A DNA stretch of 64,000 bases from Octopus bimaculoides (GCF_001194135.2 NC_068985.1:40758573-40822572), one strand, 5' to 3'; shown: positions 22,478 to 36,291, counted from the first letter of the stretch. Notes: generated by a model not told the origin, from the sequence alone. A program made the numbers and translations.

Positions 22478-23502
22478 TAATATTGAGATCTGGGGACTGT
22501 GGTGGCCAGATAAGATGTTCAACTTCACTAGAATGTTCCTTGTGCCATTCAGTAACAACTTTAGCTGTGTGAATTGGTGCATTATCATCCTGAAAGACTG
22601 CGATTCCCTCTGGAAACAGTTCCACAACCATAGGATGAATTTGATCAGATAAAATGCTTAAATAGTCCTGACTATTAATTGTGCCATGAAGGGAAACCAT
22701 TGGGCCGGCATATTTCCAAGATATAGCCCCACCAGATCATCACAGATCCTCCTCCATGTTTAACAGTTAGAAGAAGGCAGTCTGGGTCAAATGCTTCTTT
22801 TGGCTGTCTCCACTCATATACTTGGCCGGTGGTCAAAAATAAGGTAAAGGATGACTTGTCTGAGAAAATGACATTCTTCCACTGCTATAGGGACCAATTC
22901 TGTAGGTTTTTACTCCACTCTAAACACTTTGCAACGTTTGTTTTTGAAAGTTGTGGTTTTCTGATTGCAGTTGTCCCATGAAATCCGGCTTTGTGCAGCT
23001 CCCGGCAAACAGTTTTTATGGAAACTGGGTTCTCAAGGTGGTCATTAAGCTCTGCAGTAATTTTGGGAGCTGTACCTTTGTGATTCTTTCTAAAAATTCG
23101 CATAAGAGTCTGATGGTCCTTCTCTGAAAGTTTTGGTTTTCTTCTGGAGTTTTGGTTCGACGAGGAGGTTTTTCCCTCTTTCTCAAAGGCTGGCATTACT
23201 TTCAAGACAGTACTTCTTAATACACCAAACATTTCGGCTGTTTTCGTTATATTAGCATCTGCCATATGAGTACCAACAATTTGACCTCTTTCAAAGTCCG
23301 ATAGATCTGTCATTTTAATGAATTTTAATTACCTTTTTCTGATGATATCTGAAAAGAAACAGCGATTTTAGCAAAACATATTAAGCAACACTAATAATAA
23401 ATCAAAAAACATAAAACCAAACAAGCTTTTGATGGTTTTATAGATATTTCAAATTTATGATGCTATGATGCTGGGTGTTTCTATTATTTTGTCCAGCTCC
23501 TG
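22478..23502 (-). mobile_element. Tc1/mariner transposon, degenerate, 3' end truncated
   Basis: Transposase from ATG 23313 (MTDLSDFERGQIVG), VIFSDKS, VKHGGGSVMIW, FQDDNAPIH and WPPQSPDLNII, then cut off. One TIR TA|CAGGAGCTGGACAAAATAATAGAAACACCC ends at 23502. Confidence 0.93.
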
Positions 23503-24125
23503 TATCTATTCTCATGCAGCTGTTTATCTCCTTATCTTACTAACTATCTAGTTAGTCATCTCTGTAACTGTATTTTTCCAGCAGTTTGTTTGTTTCTATC
23601 TATTCATCCTCCTACATATGCATATCTGTTTGTGTTCTATCTGATAATGTATATTGTAGTAACTCATTGCATTAAAATAAAATAATTGAAACTATAAAAA
23701 AAACCCCACAAAACAAAGAAACAAATTAATAATAAAAAGAAAAAGCCACCTAAAATTAACAAACTCTCACCCAACCTCTACAGACATATATCCATTCTAT
23801 CAAACAAGATAAACAGCTAATATTTAAAAATGTTTGTCCTTTACTTAAAGAAATAGGAATAAAGAACAAAAACAAAAACTTAAAACAGATGATAACAATC
23901 TATTTGTGTTGATTTATCGAGCTTATCGTGCTTATCTGCTGGTTCAGTCATTCTTTTTCCTTGTGTCAGTGGATTAAATTACACGATGAACTCCTCAAAA
24001 CAAAAACATCTGTGTAATGAAATTACACAGATGATGCAAGAATGATTAATGAGTTTTATATTTTTTCCTTGCTTATTTCTTTATCTCCATTTTTTTTGTA
24101 CTTATGGATTCTGTGATATCATTAC

Positions 24126-24187
<62 letters not shown>

Positions 24188-24767
24188 TTTACTTTGGTAG
24201 CTTCTGTATTTTAGCTACAGAACCTCAAAATGGTGACAAGTCTCCTAAATCTCAAGAATTGAATGGCCACAAGTAAAAACAACTTGGCTTCTCCAGTTAT
24301 ATATAATTTTTTCAGTGGTGAGTGTGACAAGTAAATGACTGTACAATGAGGGCAAAATAAATAGCAAAAGTTGTTTTTGCTCAGAAATACCAGTTTTTAT
24401 TTCTGGTATGTGTCCACTTCTTTTACTAAGATACATGAGTGAAAAACACACCACATACACATATGTATTATACTTTAGTGAGTCTTCACACCCTTACTGT
24501 CAGAGCATGGCTTTGTGGTTAAAAGGCTCATTTTGCAAGAATGGGGTTTTGGATTTGGTCCCATTATTTTGGCAAAGGTCTTCTACTATTTTACTATGGC
24601 TGCAAGCTGACCAATTCTTTGTGAATGAGTTTGGTAGGTGGAGGATGTATGGATGCCTATTGTGTATATATCATCTCATATTATGTCTGTTTTCCTTGCT
24701 GGCACATACACACACTGCACACGCGCATGCACACACACACACACACACTCACTCACACACACACACA

Positions 24768-24804
<37 letters not shown>

Positions 24805-25581
24805 ACACACACATGCATGAACATATGTATCGTCATTTTATTTCTGCTTTCTATGCTGCCATGGATTGGAAAGTTGGTCATAGCTCACATCACTTCTTAT
24901 TCTGACCTAGTTATAGTTGGGAGACAATATCTCGTCCTTTTCATGGATGCTATAGCTGCATGTCCTTCTCTAACACTAGTCACTTTCCAGAGTCAACAAA
25001 ACAAGACTAAAACATTTGCTCATTGCTATGATGTTTCTGCTCATATATGAACCATTCCACAGAGTATACTGGGTACATATTTTCATGGCACCAGCACAAA
25101 TAAGGTTGTTTTGTACTGGGATACTCACTGTTTTATGTGGTCTCCATTCACTCAGGGCAACATGATACTAATAAATTCAATACAATCCCTCATTATTGAA
25201 GTATTATGATTTAGAAGCATGTAGAATACAGGAGGATACAGGACAAGAATGATATGTGTAGTGGAGATAAAGGGAAGTATTGAGTAGGGACAGATCTAAT
25301 GTTTTGATTATATGTCATAGGTGGTATGGCATGATGAGTAGAAGAGATGCTAGAAAGATAAGAGACTATCAAGGCCAACAGATGGTTACTTAGCAGATGT
25401 ACATGGAGATGATGGTTCAGAAGGTGAACTTGAGTAGGAAGGAGAAAGAAGAGAGAGGGAAACAGAATGACTTGTGTGATGGTACAGAAAAAAAGGGAGA
25501 AATGGAAGAGATGATGTTAGAGAAGTAATGGCAAGTAGTAAGAGCAGGGTGTAATAAGAGTGACCGTAATGGCATAGAGTA

Positions 25582-25673
<92 letters not shown>

Positions 25674-26229
25674 TGATTGCTACATTTTGCTGGGAAAGAA
25701 CAGAATGAGTGATGTATAGTTGTAGAAATGGTCAGTGTTAAGACAATGTGCTGGATGTCGATAATGAGTGTCCTGGGGTAGTGAGAATGGTAGTTAATTG
25801 TATAGAAGGGATGGTAATATTTGCTGGTAAGGAAAAGTATGAGCAAAAGAAAGTTGAGATGGTAATGGAAATATGAGTGACTTAAAGGAGACAGAGTTAT
25901 AGTATTATAGTATTAGGTGGATAGTATTAGAGGGTAAATGGTGGGCTATCAGATACCAGTAAATTCAGTGTAATCCCTCATTATTGAAGCAATATGATTT
26001 GGAAGGATATAAGGTAGAGGTGTAGCATGATGTGGAGAGTGGTGGTAGAAAGAGTATTGAGTAAAGACAGATCTAATGTTTTCCTCTCATTTCATGGGTG
26101 GTATGGTATTGGTGAATAGAAGAGATGAGAAACTATCAAAAAGCCAAGAAGGGTAGAAGGTGGTTACTAATATGGTACAAATGGGCAAAGGCCCAGCCTC
26201 CATCACTATCTTACTCTCAATTTAATGTA

Positions 26230-26690
26230 TGTTTTGCCAAACATGCATGGATGTTCAGATCTTCTCCAGCTCCATGTATCACCACTTCAGCATGGGCCTT
26301 TGTCATGTTCTTTGTGAGAGACAACAACTCAAGATCAATTTCTCCATCTTGTCTCAATTCTTTGATCTCCTTCTTCAACAGGGACTATTCACCTTGAGTG
26401 CTTTGCAATTCTTTAATCAGCTGTCATCTTCCATATTCATCACATGCCCATACCAGCATATTACATCTGATTTCTCTTATACCCAATATTGCTGGGAGCT
26501 CAGTTGTTCTCCATCACTTAAGCATACTAACATGACACATCCAGTGAAGCATACTTGTCCATTTCTTTCTAGTCTTTGCAAATTTTCTGCAATGTAATTT
26601 TGTACACAAGCATCATAGAACCTGCCCTTTACTTTGAAGGAGAAACCCCTTTTTGTCAGCAGTAGTAATAGCTCCCTGAACTTTTTCCTA
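26230..26690 (-). mobile_element. Degenerate RTE LINE 3' coding fragment
   Basis: Minus-strand remnants resembling the RTE C-terminus (SMLHWMC, LGIREIRC, VWACDEYG), with many stops. Confidence 0.55.
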
Positions 26691-27489
26691 CATTTTACTC
26701 TAGCTATTACATCTGCCCCAATTACTAATTAGGTAACCAAGATGATAAAAGGAATCAACTACTGTCCAGACATTAGAGAGAATCTAAACTCTAAATACTC
26801 TTAGTGTTTGTAGCCCCTCTGCACATGCTGCAAATGAAATCTACCTTCTCTATTAATCTATCTGTGTTCCCACTGCATCTAGTGTGTCCACTGCATCTAG
26901 TGTGTCCACTGTTTATACTGGACAAACTGTATAGAATTTCTACTGACTCTTTTTCTTCCCATGGAGCATTACTGTTTCTCTGATGACATCAGAATTCTGC
27001 TTTCTTTCCTACTTACTAAGACTTGCATCTTTACTAAATTTATTTCAAGGCCCTTTAATCTCAAGTTTTGTCCTCATGTCTGGAATTTCTTCTCCAAATC
27101 TTATACAGATTTTGATATAAAAGCTAAGACATTAAGCATACTGAAGTTCCCAAGAACAATCAGTTTAAAATTTTCCTCTTGTAACTTGGTGGGCTAAAAT
27201 AAAATAAACTGGAAGGAGCAGAGAACTTTGTTCAAATAGACTTCTTCCTGCATGCTAAATTCATTGCTGAATTCATTGTTAAATTCATTCTTTTATTCTT
27301 TTCTTTTCTTTTATTTGTTTCAGTCATTTTACTGTGGCCATGCTGGAGCACTGCCTTTAGTTGAACAAATCGACCCCAGGACTTATTCTTTGTAAACCTA
27401 GTACTTATCCTATCGGTCTCTTTTGCTGAAAAGGAATTAGTATTGTTAGAAGTGGCAGGAAACAAGAAGAATAACTAAGCCTTCTGGCA

Positions 27490-27960
27490 CAACAGCTTTT
27501 TAGTCCACATTGCAATTTGACAGAAAGCTTCCAATCAAAGAAATGAAAGATGAATGAAGTCTATAGGCAGGCAACTTAGCTTTTGTAGGCTAGATATGAT
27601 CAAAGCTTTGTCTATGTCAAGTGAAATGATAATGCTTTCACCAAACTTCTCATAGGAAAATGACAAAGAAAATATCCTCTTTTAGGAATATAGAAATTAG
27701 CTAAGATTTGGATAGATTCTTGCAGAAAGAAAATTTAAGACTTTGTGAAAGATAATGGGGAGTTCTAGAGTGCCATTTTGGTAGTAATGGAGGGAACATT
27801 GTGAAGATGAGTGAGCTTATTGGTTTGAAGCAAGTGTGCTTTCATACTTGGCAAATACATTTATAAGCTAGTTATTTTGGTGTGATGGAGAGGGGCACTT
27901 TATTGAATATTGTAGCATTGGAAGTAAAGCCAACAGGAAGTCAAGATGGTTTCTCTGCAG
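27490..27960 (-). mobile_element. Degenerate CR1/Jockey-type LINE RT fragment
   Basis: Minus strand FGESIIISLDIDKA and downstream IGSFLS-like motif, with stops and frameshifts. Confidence 0.6.
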
Positions 27961-28402
27961 AAGTACTTACCGTTCTGGATATTTACATTCCTCTTTTTCA
28001 TTAAATTGGAAATGAAAATTACTTCTTTTGTCAGTGCAAAAAAAAAAAAGTTTGTGTGTGTTGAGTTATAGGATGAAGTTAAGATCCACTAATTTTATCT
28101 CTACTTTTCCATAGCTCATTTATTTTCCTTCCGTTTCAATTAAAAAATATATTTATTGTACCCTGCGTTATTTACATTTATATTTTTTTTTACATATTCT
28201 TACTTCATAGCTCCTTATTTATCCCACATCTTAAGGGTTTTGTTTTTTGTTTTTGATTCCCTGCTAAAAATATTATCTGGAAAATTCTTCTACCACCATC
28301 CATCTTGCCCCTACTGGGTCTTTGTTTATCTAATCTCCTTTCTCTCTTTCTTCCCCTGGAGGATATGAGCAAGTGTGTGTATGTGTGGTGTGTGTGGTGT
28401 GT

Positions 28403-28434
<32 letters not shown>

Positions 28435-29692
28435 TCTTAATTCCCTTTTATCTTTAATTTTTTTCTTTACCTATCTGTCTCTTACTCCCTCCTATCTTCC
28501 TCTTCAAATTAATTTTTTTCATTCTATTTACATTTCTCTCTCTTCTTTCAACTTTCTGTACATATATCTTTGGCTTTTTTTAGAATCATCAAAAGATAGT
28601 GAAGAGACCTTTTTTTTTACAACATCCTCACTTCCTCCCTCTAAGATATTATTGTGTCTGCCTTTCTCTAAATCCCATTTATCATCTTACAATATCTCTG
28701 TAATATATCTGTTATAAATATAATTGATTTATGTGTTAATTACAGTGGCTTATTTAAAAAGTAACTGCTAGTGATATATTTTTTTTTACATATATAATAT
28801 ATAATATATATATATACATATATAATATATAATACTTTGCCCGGGATTAAGTTGGGATTATTAGGCTAATCAAGTTCTTTATTTCAAACCAAACTAAGTA
28901 ACATCGACGTCAAATTTGGGCAGAATCAGTGTTGCAACTGGAGCGCATGGGTTGGGAGTTTGATCAGCAGAGGTGATCAGGTTACACATGCCAGCCCTTA
29001 GAAAACACCACCGCCATCATTTAACCCCTTTTTGTCCATGGGTTAGGAACCCTTCCAGCAAGGAAAATAGAATGACCAAAAGGGCTCCTGATTCTCTGTG
29101 TCAGAAGTGGTTATGTTCAGATCACAACTAAGTCTTAATTATATATATATGAGAAAACGGATGTTACGTAAGTAAAACGTTAATGTTTGAAACTGCAGCA
29201 GTCCATAGATAATTCTTTATTCTGTATATTTCTCATTTTGTCCTGTTCTGGCATTTTGTGAAATTTTTCTGGAGAACATTATTTTTCTTTGTGGTTGGGT
29301 CGTTGATGACCTCTTTCTAGCATATTGGATGTCCACCTAGTGGTCATCCCTTATACACATGTAATACAATTTTTTCTGAATTTTCAGATTTTTTTNNNNN
29401 NNNNNNNNNNNNNNNNNNNNNNNNNNNNNNNNNNNNNNNNNNNNNNNNNNNNNNNNNNNNNNNNNNNNNNNNNNNNNNNNNNNNNNNNNNNNNNNNNNNN
29501 NNNNNNNNNNNNNNNNNNNNNNNNNNNNNNNNNNNNNNNNNNNNNNNNNNNNNNNNNNNNNNNNNNNNNNNNNNNNNNNNNNNNNNNNNNNNNNNNNNNN
29601 NNNNNNNNNNNNNNNNNNNNNNNNNNNNNNNNNNNNNNNNNNNNNNNNNNNNNNNNNNNNNNNNNNNNNNNNNNNNNNNNNNNNNNNNNNNN

Positions 29693-30990
29693 ACATCACA
29701 TCAAAAAAGAATTCGTGATAGAAGGGCTAAAATTTATCTTGGAGAATAACTACTTCGTCTTCAAAGACAACTTCTATCGTCAAAAATCGGGGACTGCGAT
29801 GGCTACGAGAATGGCCCTCTCCTTTGCTAACCTAGTCATGGGATATTTAGAAATTAGTCTTTATCGTAAGGTTCTAGAAAAATATAGCAGCCCATTCTCC
29901 CTCTAAATAGAAAATAACTGAAGGAGATACCTGGATGACTGTTTCATTCTTTGGCATGAAAGTATAGAGACTTAAAGAATTTCAAGCACTTATAAATGGA
30001 CTTGACGTAAACATTCAATTCGTGATGGAATATAGCCATCAACAACTTTCCTTCCTCGACATCCTCATTAAGAAATCTAACAACGTAATAGAAACAGATA
30101 TATATTATAAGCCCATGGACTCCAAGCAATATCTACCGTTCAACTCATGCCACCTCAGAATGAATATCCCCTTCAACCTAGCAAAAAGGATATGTACTAT
30201 AGTTTCTAATGCAAGCACCAGGGATACACGACTACATGAACTAAAGGATACACTCATCACCAGGAACTACTCACCATCACTAATGGACATATGCTTTCAA
30301 CGTGCCCTACAACTCAACATCCACGAACGCAGACATCCAAAATTAAAGAAGGATTTACAACCAAAAACCCTACCATACATCTTCACACACAACCCTCTTA
30401 ACAATGAAGCCTTCTACACCATCTTTCTAAACATTCCCCTGCTAAAAAAGACCTCAGAATGAACTTAATCCTCCAAACACACACCATCATAACAAGCAAG
30501 AGACCGCCCAAATTTATGAAAAGTCTCCTAACACATGCCCGAATAAGCTCAACAACAACATTGAAGCCGTCAGTAAAAAATGCGGAAAACCCAACTGTGG
30601 GATAAGTGTCAATTTAATTGAGGGATCAGTGTTCTCCTTCAAACAGGGACAATGTTTCACAGTGAAAAGCAGCTTCACATGTGCTTTGGAGAACCTGATA
30701 TACACACTAACCCTGCTCTGGGTGTCAAAAGTTATACATAGGCCAAACAAAAAAGTCTACTTCAAAGGATGGCTCCGCACAGATCCCAGATCAAAATTCC
30801 AAAAAAACCAGAAAAATAGCATTCAGTCAACGCATCGACATTTGCGCCAATAACAAAGATCCAAGCTTCAGAATTTCCCCCCTCTATCAATTCAGGGACG
30901 ATACAACCTGTAGCCAACGAATTAGTAAAGAGGCCCTCTTTATTACAAAATATAGACCTCTTTTGAACGCATCCACAAGAAATGACATAT
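29693..30990 (+). mobile_element. Penelope-like element (Neptune-like) RT + GIY-YIG fossil
   Basis: ILENNYFVF, YRQKSGTAMATRMALSFANLVMG, RYLDDCFILW, LSFLDILI, TDIYYKPMDSKQYL and NLIYTL..C..KLYIGQT-like endonuclease motif. Stops and frameshifts present. Confidence 0.9.
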
Positions 30991-31339
30991 CCCCCACGAC
31001 CTTAGAATAAACACACACGCAAATATTAAGAATGATACATTCAAAAGAGATACCCAAGAATTAATTAAAAACAGTCTCAATCACTGCTATAATCCACAAC
31101 GAGCCACTTTTAGGCCACTTGACCATTTAACAACCTACTACTATCCTGCCATTCTGCATTTTCTTATTATTCTGTCTCCTTCTTCCTCTCTGCCACTTCC
31201 TTCCTTCTTTACTACTACTGCTGTTTAGAATAACACCTACGCAAATATTATAAACAATACATTCAAAAGAGATATCTTAAGAATTCAATCAATACAAAGT
31301 ATTGGAATAATATTTATGCTTGAGGAGGGCAAAAGATAA

Positions 31340-32652
31340 AAGAGGAAATTAACGTGTAAAAGAGTTGGTAGTTCTTGACAGGAAAGAATTATAGGGAGAA
31401 GGTAGGCTAGCAGAGAAAGTAGCTTAGGTGTATTAATTATTTATTGATAATGTGGGTTGGGGTAGGCCAGCGTAAGATATGTAAATTTTTATTTATTTAT
31501 AATGTGGGTTGGATAGTTAGGTTAGGGAAGGTAATAAGCTGATAATTAGGTCTGCTAATGACATTTAAGCTAGGAGATAGTGGTGTTTATAGGAATGAGT
31601 GGGTTTAACGAAACTTAGAGAATACAAATCTGCTTTTATGCAGACAAAAAAAAAATGATTTTCATATTTCTTATTGAGTAGAAGTGATTTGGCCATTAAT
31701 ATTAGTAGTTTTTCTGTTTCACAGAACTGACAGCGCTTACTTTTAATGGTATAAGACAAAGTTTTTGCTAGGATACACCATTCTAAACTATAGTTGATTT
31801 TTTTTTTGTCTTTTAGTTCCCAAATGTAGCTACTACGTCCTGTAGAGTTTGCTTTACTTCTATTTCTAAATGTAGATTGGTGGGAATTGTATCTAAGAAT
31901 CATTTCATTTTTCGTGGCTACTATATAAGATTTCGTATGGTTATTGGTGAGTACGGTGCATTGGTATATTACGTTTTTTATTTTATACCTATTGGAGAAT
32001 TGACACTTATTTCTGTCTCTGCAGCCACATAAATTATTCGGTTTATCTGTGCTTATGTTATGTTGAGGGGCGTAATTATTTATCAGGTCCGTGTTGTTTG
32101 TGGGTGGGCTATCAGGGACGAGATTAATTCCATTTGCTTGTTGGCTGTTATGTTTTATGCAGGTATTTTTCCCAGTTTCGTAGAAAGCGTCTAGCTTATT
32201 ATTGTTGATCGAGGCTATGATGGTAGCTAGGTTACTAGTAAGGCCATGGCTAACTCTAATTTTATTCTTAATGATTCCTGAATATCTGTTATTCAAGTTC
32301 AAGTGCTTATCTATAAGTCTCAGTATGGAGTGAACTCTGTTAGATTTAAGCTGCATCGCATCGGGGATTATTAATCAGATCTTATCGCTATTTCGTTTAT
32401 TTTTAATATTATTAATTTTGGTGTAGAAGCTATCCTCAGTATTCGTGTAGAGTGTAAAGTTGCTGTTATAGTTATTATATTTCTTTCTATAGTTATTTTT
32501 ATTTTTATTATTGTTAGTGTGGGGGTTTTATTGGGGTTATTTCTGTACGATTTTCTTAAGTTATATGGCTTGGTGTTATCAATCTTCGCTGGGGTTATAT
32601 TAGTTCTTTGGGTTTCGTTGTTTTTATTCTTATTAATATTAAGATTTATTAC

Positions 32653-32717
<65 letters not shown>

Positions 32718-33530
32718 TTATTAGTCGTGTTAGTATTCTTAATTTTATTAATTTTCACATTTTTGGTATTAGTTTTGTTATCATTTTTAATGTTAGTTAT
32801 CTTAGTTTGAATCTTGGCATTGTTTTTTGACATTATTGTTATTAATCTTATCTATGTTGTTCATATTTCTAATGTAGTTATTAGTTTCGTTTGGATTGTG
32901 GTTAGTGTTGTGGTAATTGTCTTGGGCATTTATGTTATTCCGGTTATTTGTATAGTGTTCTAAGTCTAGGTATTTAATTTTTTGTTTGTACCCTGATTTT
33001 TCTAATGCGCTATTGTAGAAATCCTTATACTTATTGAAGATATCTAGGTTAGAGGCGAGATGTGAAGTTCTTTTGCTAATGCTATTTACTAACCCTCTTT
33101 TAATAAAGTTTGGATGGTTACTGGATGTGCTTATATACTTGAGGTTTGTATTAGGTATTATGTAGGGTTCGTGGAGTCCCGTGGCTAGGTTGCAGTTGGC
33201 GTCTTGGTAATTTGTAGAGGTATGTTCCTTTTCTATAGTAATAGTTAGGCCAAATCTTTTTAAAAATTTATATAGTTTTTTCTTAATGAGTTCTAATCTC
33301 CTATTAGAGACATTTTTAGTATGAATAGTGCATCGTCCCTATATAGCCCACTCTTGATTTCTGGGAATTCTTCCTGTAGGTATGATAACAAATAAATACC
33401 TACTAAGTCTGTTACCTGTGCTAAATCTGGGGCTCCCATGGTGATATCGAAGTTATTAGGGGCGTCTTTTCTTTCCCATAGTTTATTATCGAAAGGTATT
33501 ACTGATTTTCTCACTTCTAAGGTTACATTA
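31340..33530 (-). mobile_element. Penelope-like element (Naiad-like) RT + C-terminal GIY-YIG fossil
   Basis: FDITMGAPDLAQVTDLVGIYLL, GLYRDDAL, CGCRDRNKC, NVIYQCTV..SYIV, RYNSHQSTFRN, YIWELK, RCQFCETEK..LLNK and CLHKSRF. Clade name is from recalled motifs. Confidence 0.85.
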
Positions 33531-33578
33531 ATTTCTTCCCTCGTCTTTATATATTTATATACATATATATATATTTAT

Positions 33579-33612
<34 letters not shown>

Positions 33613-34879
33613 TTTTATATACACGGTGGTGCACCAGCATGACCGCAGCCACTTGGCTGAAACACATAAATAAATAAATAAAAAATATATATAGATATCT
33701 ATATNNNNNNNNNNNNNNNNNNNNNNNNNNNNNNNNNNNNNNNNNNNNNNNNNNNNNNNNNNNNNNNNNNNNNNNNNNNNNNNNNNNNNNNNNNNNNNNN
33801 NNNNNNNNNNNNNNNNNNNNNNNNNNNNNNNNNNNNNNNNNNNNNNNNNNNNNNNNNNNNNNNNNNNNNNNNNNNNNNNNNNNNNNNNNNNNNNNNNNNN
33901 NNNNNNNNNNNNNNNNNNNNNNNNNNNNNNNNNNNNNNNNNNNNNNNNNNNNNNNNNNNNNNNNNNNNNNNNNNNNNNNNNNNNNNNNNNNNNNNNNNNN
34001 NNNNNNNNNNNNNNNNNNNNNNNNNNNNNNNNNNNNNNNNNNNNNNNNNNNNNNNNNNNNNNNNNNNNNNNNNNNNNNNNNNNNNNNNNNNNNNNNNNNN
34101 NNNNNNNNNNNNNNNNNNNNNNNNNNNNNNNNNNNNNNNNNNNNNNNNNNNNNNNNNNNNNNNNNNNNNNNNNNNNNNNNNNNNNNNNNNNNNNNNNNNN
34201 NNNNNNNNNNNNNNNNNNNNNNNNNNNNNNNNNNNNNNNNNNNNNNNNNNNNNNNNNNNNNNNNNNNNNNNNNNNNNNNNNNNNNNNNNNNNNNNNNNNN
34301 NNNNNNNNNNNNNNNNNNNNNNNNNNNNNNNNNNNNNNNNNNNNNNNNNNNNNNNNNNNNNNNNNNNNNNNNNNNNNNNNNNNNNNNNNNNNNNNNNNNN
34401 NNNNNNNNNNNNNNNNNNNNNNNNNNNNNNNNNNNNNNNNNNNNNNNNNNNNNNNNNNNNNNNNNNNNNNNNNNNNNNNNNNNNNNNNNNNNNNNNNNNN
34501 NNNNNNNNNNNNNNNNNNNNNNNNNNNNNNNNNNNNNNNNNNNAAAGATACAAATAAGTGAGCTGGCTACACTTCTGACAGAGGCCACAGATTATGCTTA
34601 TATATATATATATTGTTGTACTTGGGGATGGTCATATTGCCAGTTTATATATATATATATCATCATCGTTTAACGTCCGCTTTCCATGCTAGCATGGGTT
34701 GGACGACTTGACTGAGGACTGGTGAAACCGGATGGCAACACCAGGCTCCAATCTAAATTTGGCAGAGTTTCTACAGCTGGATGCCCTTAGATATTTATTT
34801 TATATAGAGAGAAAAGGAAACCATGATGGTCTTCTGGAGGACATTCATCCTCAGCCACCTGGATTACTGATCCCAGCTA

Positions 34880-35420
34880 TGCTCACCCAACAGTGTAAAA
34901 TAAACAGCGGTCCTTGAAGCAATCCAGCAAAGCTTCACAAAAAAGATTGTATTATTGCAACAGCTCAGCTACTGGGAAAGGCTGAAACAGCTAAGTCTCT
35001 ACTCTCTGGAGCAAAGGCGGGAGAAGTATGTATTAATATTTATCTGGAATATCCTCAGAGGAATTGTGCCAAATTTTGGCATGGAAAGCTACACCAATGG
35101 CAGAAGGGGTCGACACTGCACAGTGCCAAAGATTCCAACAATGCCATCGCACTTCAGGACCAGTTAGTGCAACAACCTGTTTTCAGGGCCCATAGCTTTT
35201 TAATATTCTCCCAAAGAGCCTGAAGGACCTACACAAATCAAAATTGGACCTCTTCCTGTCGAGAGTCCCAGATGAACCTACCTTGCAGCAAGAGATGCAA
35301 ATGAGGGTAGCAACATCAAACTCCCTTATTCACCAAATTCCACATATTAGAGGAGGCTCTGAATAATAAGAGTATAGCAAAACGGTAGTGCCCCAGCATG
35401 GCCACAGGTCTGAGTTGAAA
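34880..35420 (+). mobile_element. CR1-type LINE 3' end
   Basis: LSYWERLKQLSLYSLEQRREKY, then FNILPKSL and LDLFLSRVPDEP. Confidence 0.85.
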
Positions 35421-36291
35421 GTAGAAAAAAATATATATATACTGGCATAGGAGTGGCTGTGTGGTAAGTAGCTTGCTTACCAACCACATGGTACCGGGTT
35501 TTGTCTCACTGCGTGGCACCTTGGGTAAGTCTCATCTATTATAACCTCAGGCCAACCAAAGCCTTATGAGTGGATCTGGTAGATGGGAACTGAAAGAAGC
35601 CTGTTGTATATATATAGCGTTCATATACACAATTTTTCACGTCTGGCCGCATAGCCTTTTCCGTTTGTTTTCCTGTTTTGTTTTTTGCCCGCCACTACAT
35701 TCCTCCATGGCACAGGTTTCATTTGTGTATACAAATTTAATTTGTGGTCCATGGGAAGAGCCATTTTAACGATGCGTCCTGCCCAACTCTTTGAAATGCC
35801 GGTGTTAAAATGGGGGTAGCTGATGAAGGAAAACGTTCTCTATGTGGCTTGTGTGTTTCCTGTACTCTGGTTATTATTATTTTCTTGTCTACGTTTTGTT
35901 TGCAATGTCCTGTACCCAGATATGCACCTATATATACAGGTAGACGTAGGTATACACATACCTGTACGTATATATGCATATACTCATTTATTATATATAT
36001 ATATATATATAAGTATATATATATATGTGTGCGTGTGTGTATGTGTATGCATGTGTTTGTGTGTCCGTGTTTGTCTCCCCACCATCCCTTGACAACTGAT
36101 GTTGGTGTGTTTACGTCCCTGTAACTTAGTGGTTTGGCAAAAGAAGGTGATAGAATAAGTACTAGGCTTACAAAAAATAAGTCCTGTGGTTGATTTGTTT
36201 GACTGAAGTTGGTGCTCCAGTATGGCTGCAATCAAATGACTGAAACAAATAAAAGTAAAGAATATATATATATATATATATATACATTCAG

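Noticed and set aside
24408-25050. His/Thr-repeat, poly-Ile/Asn, poly-Met/Asp and Tyr/Ile ORFs (also 32519-32833, 36905-37174, 51112-51809, 55280-55948)
   Set aside because: Translations of (CA)n, (ATT)n, (GAT)n and (TA)n microsatellites, with no splice or domain support.
27960-28030. Minus-strand GTAAGT donor suggesting an exon (FHFQFNEKEECKYPE)
   Set aside because: No convincing acceptor, it abuts a LINE fossil, and no partner exons were found.
34705-34735. CTGAGGA-ctggt-GAAAC in an RTE tail (similar core-only hits at 4794, 11400, 20548, 23338, 46136 and 53405)
   Set aside because: Core heptamer without supporting stems, expected by chance.
35760-35850. CTGATGAAGG next to a ccattttaac/gttaaaatgg hairpin
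   Set aside because: No stem II followed by GAAA and no NUH/stem I arrangement could be built.
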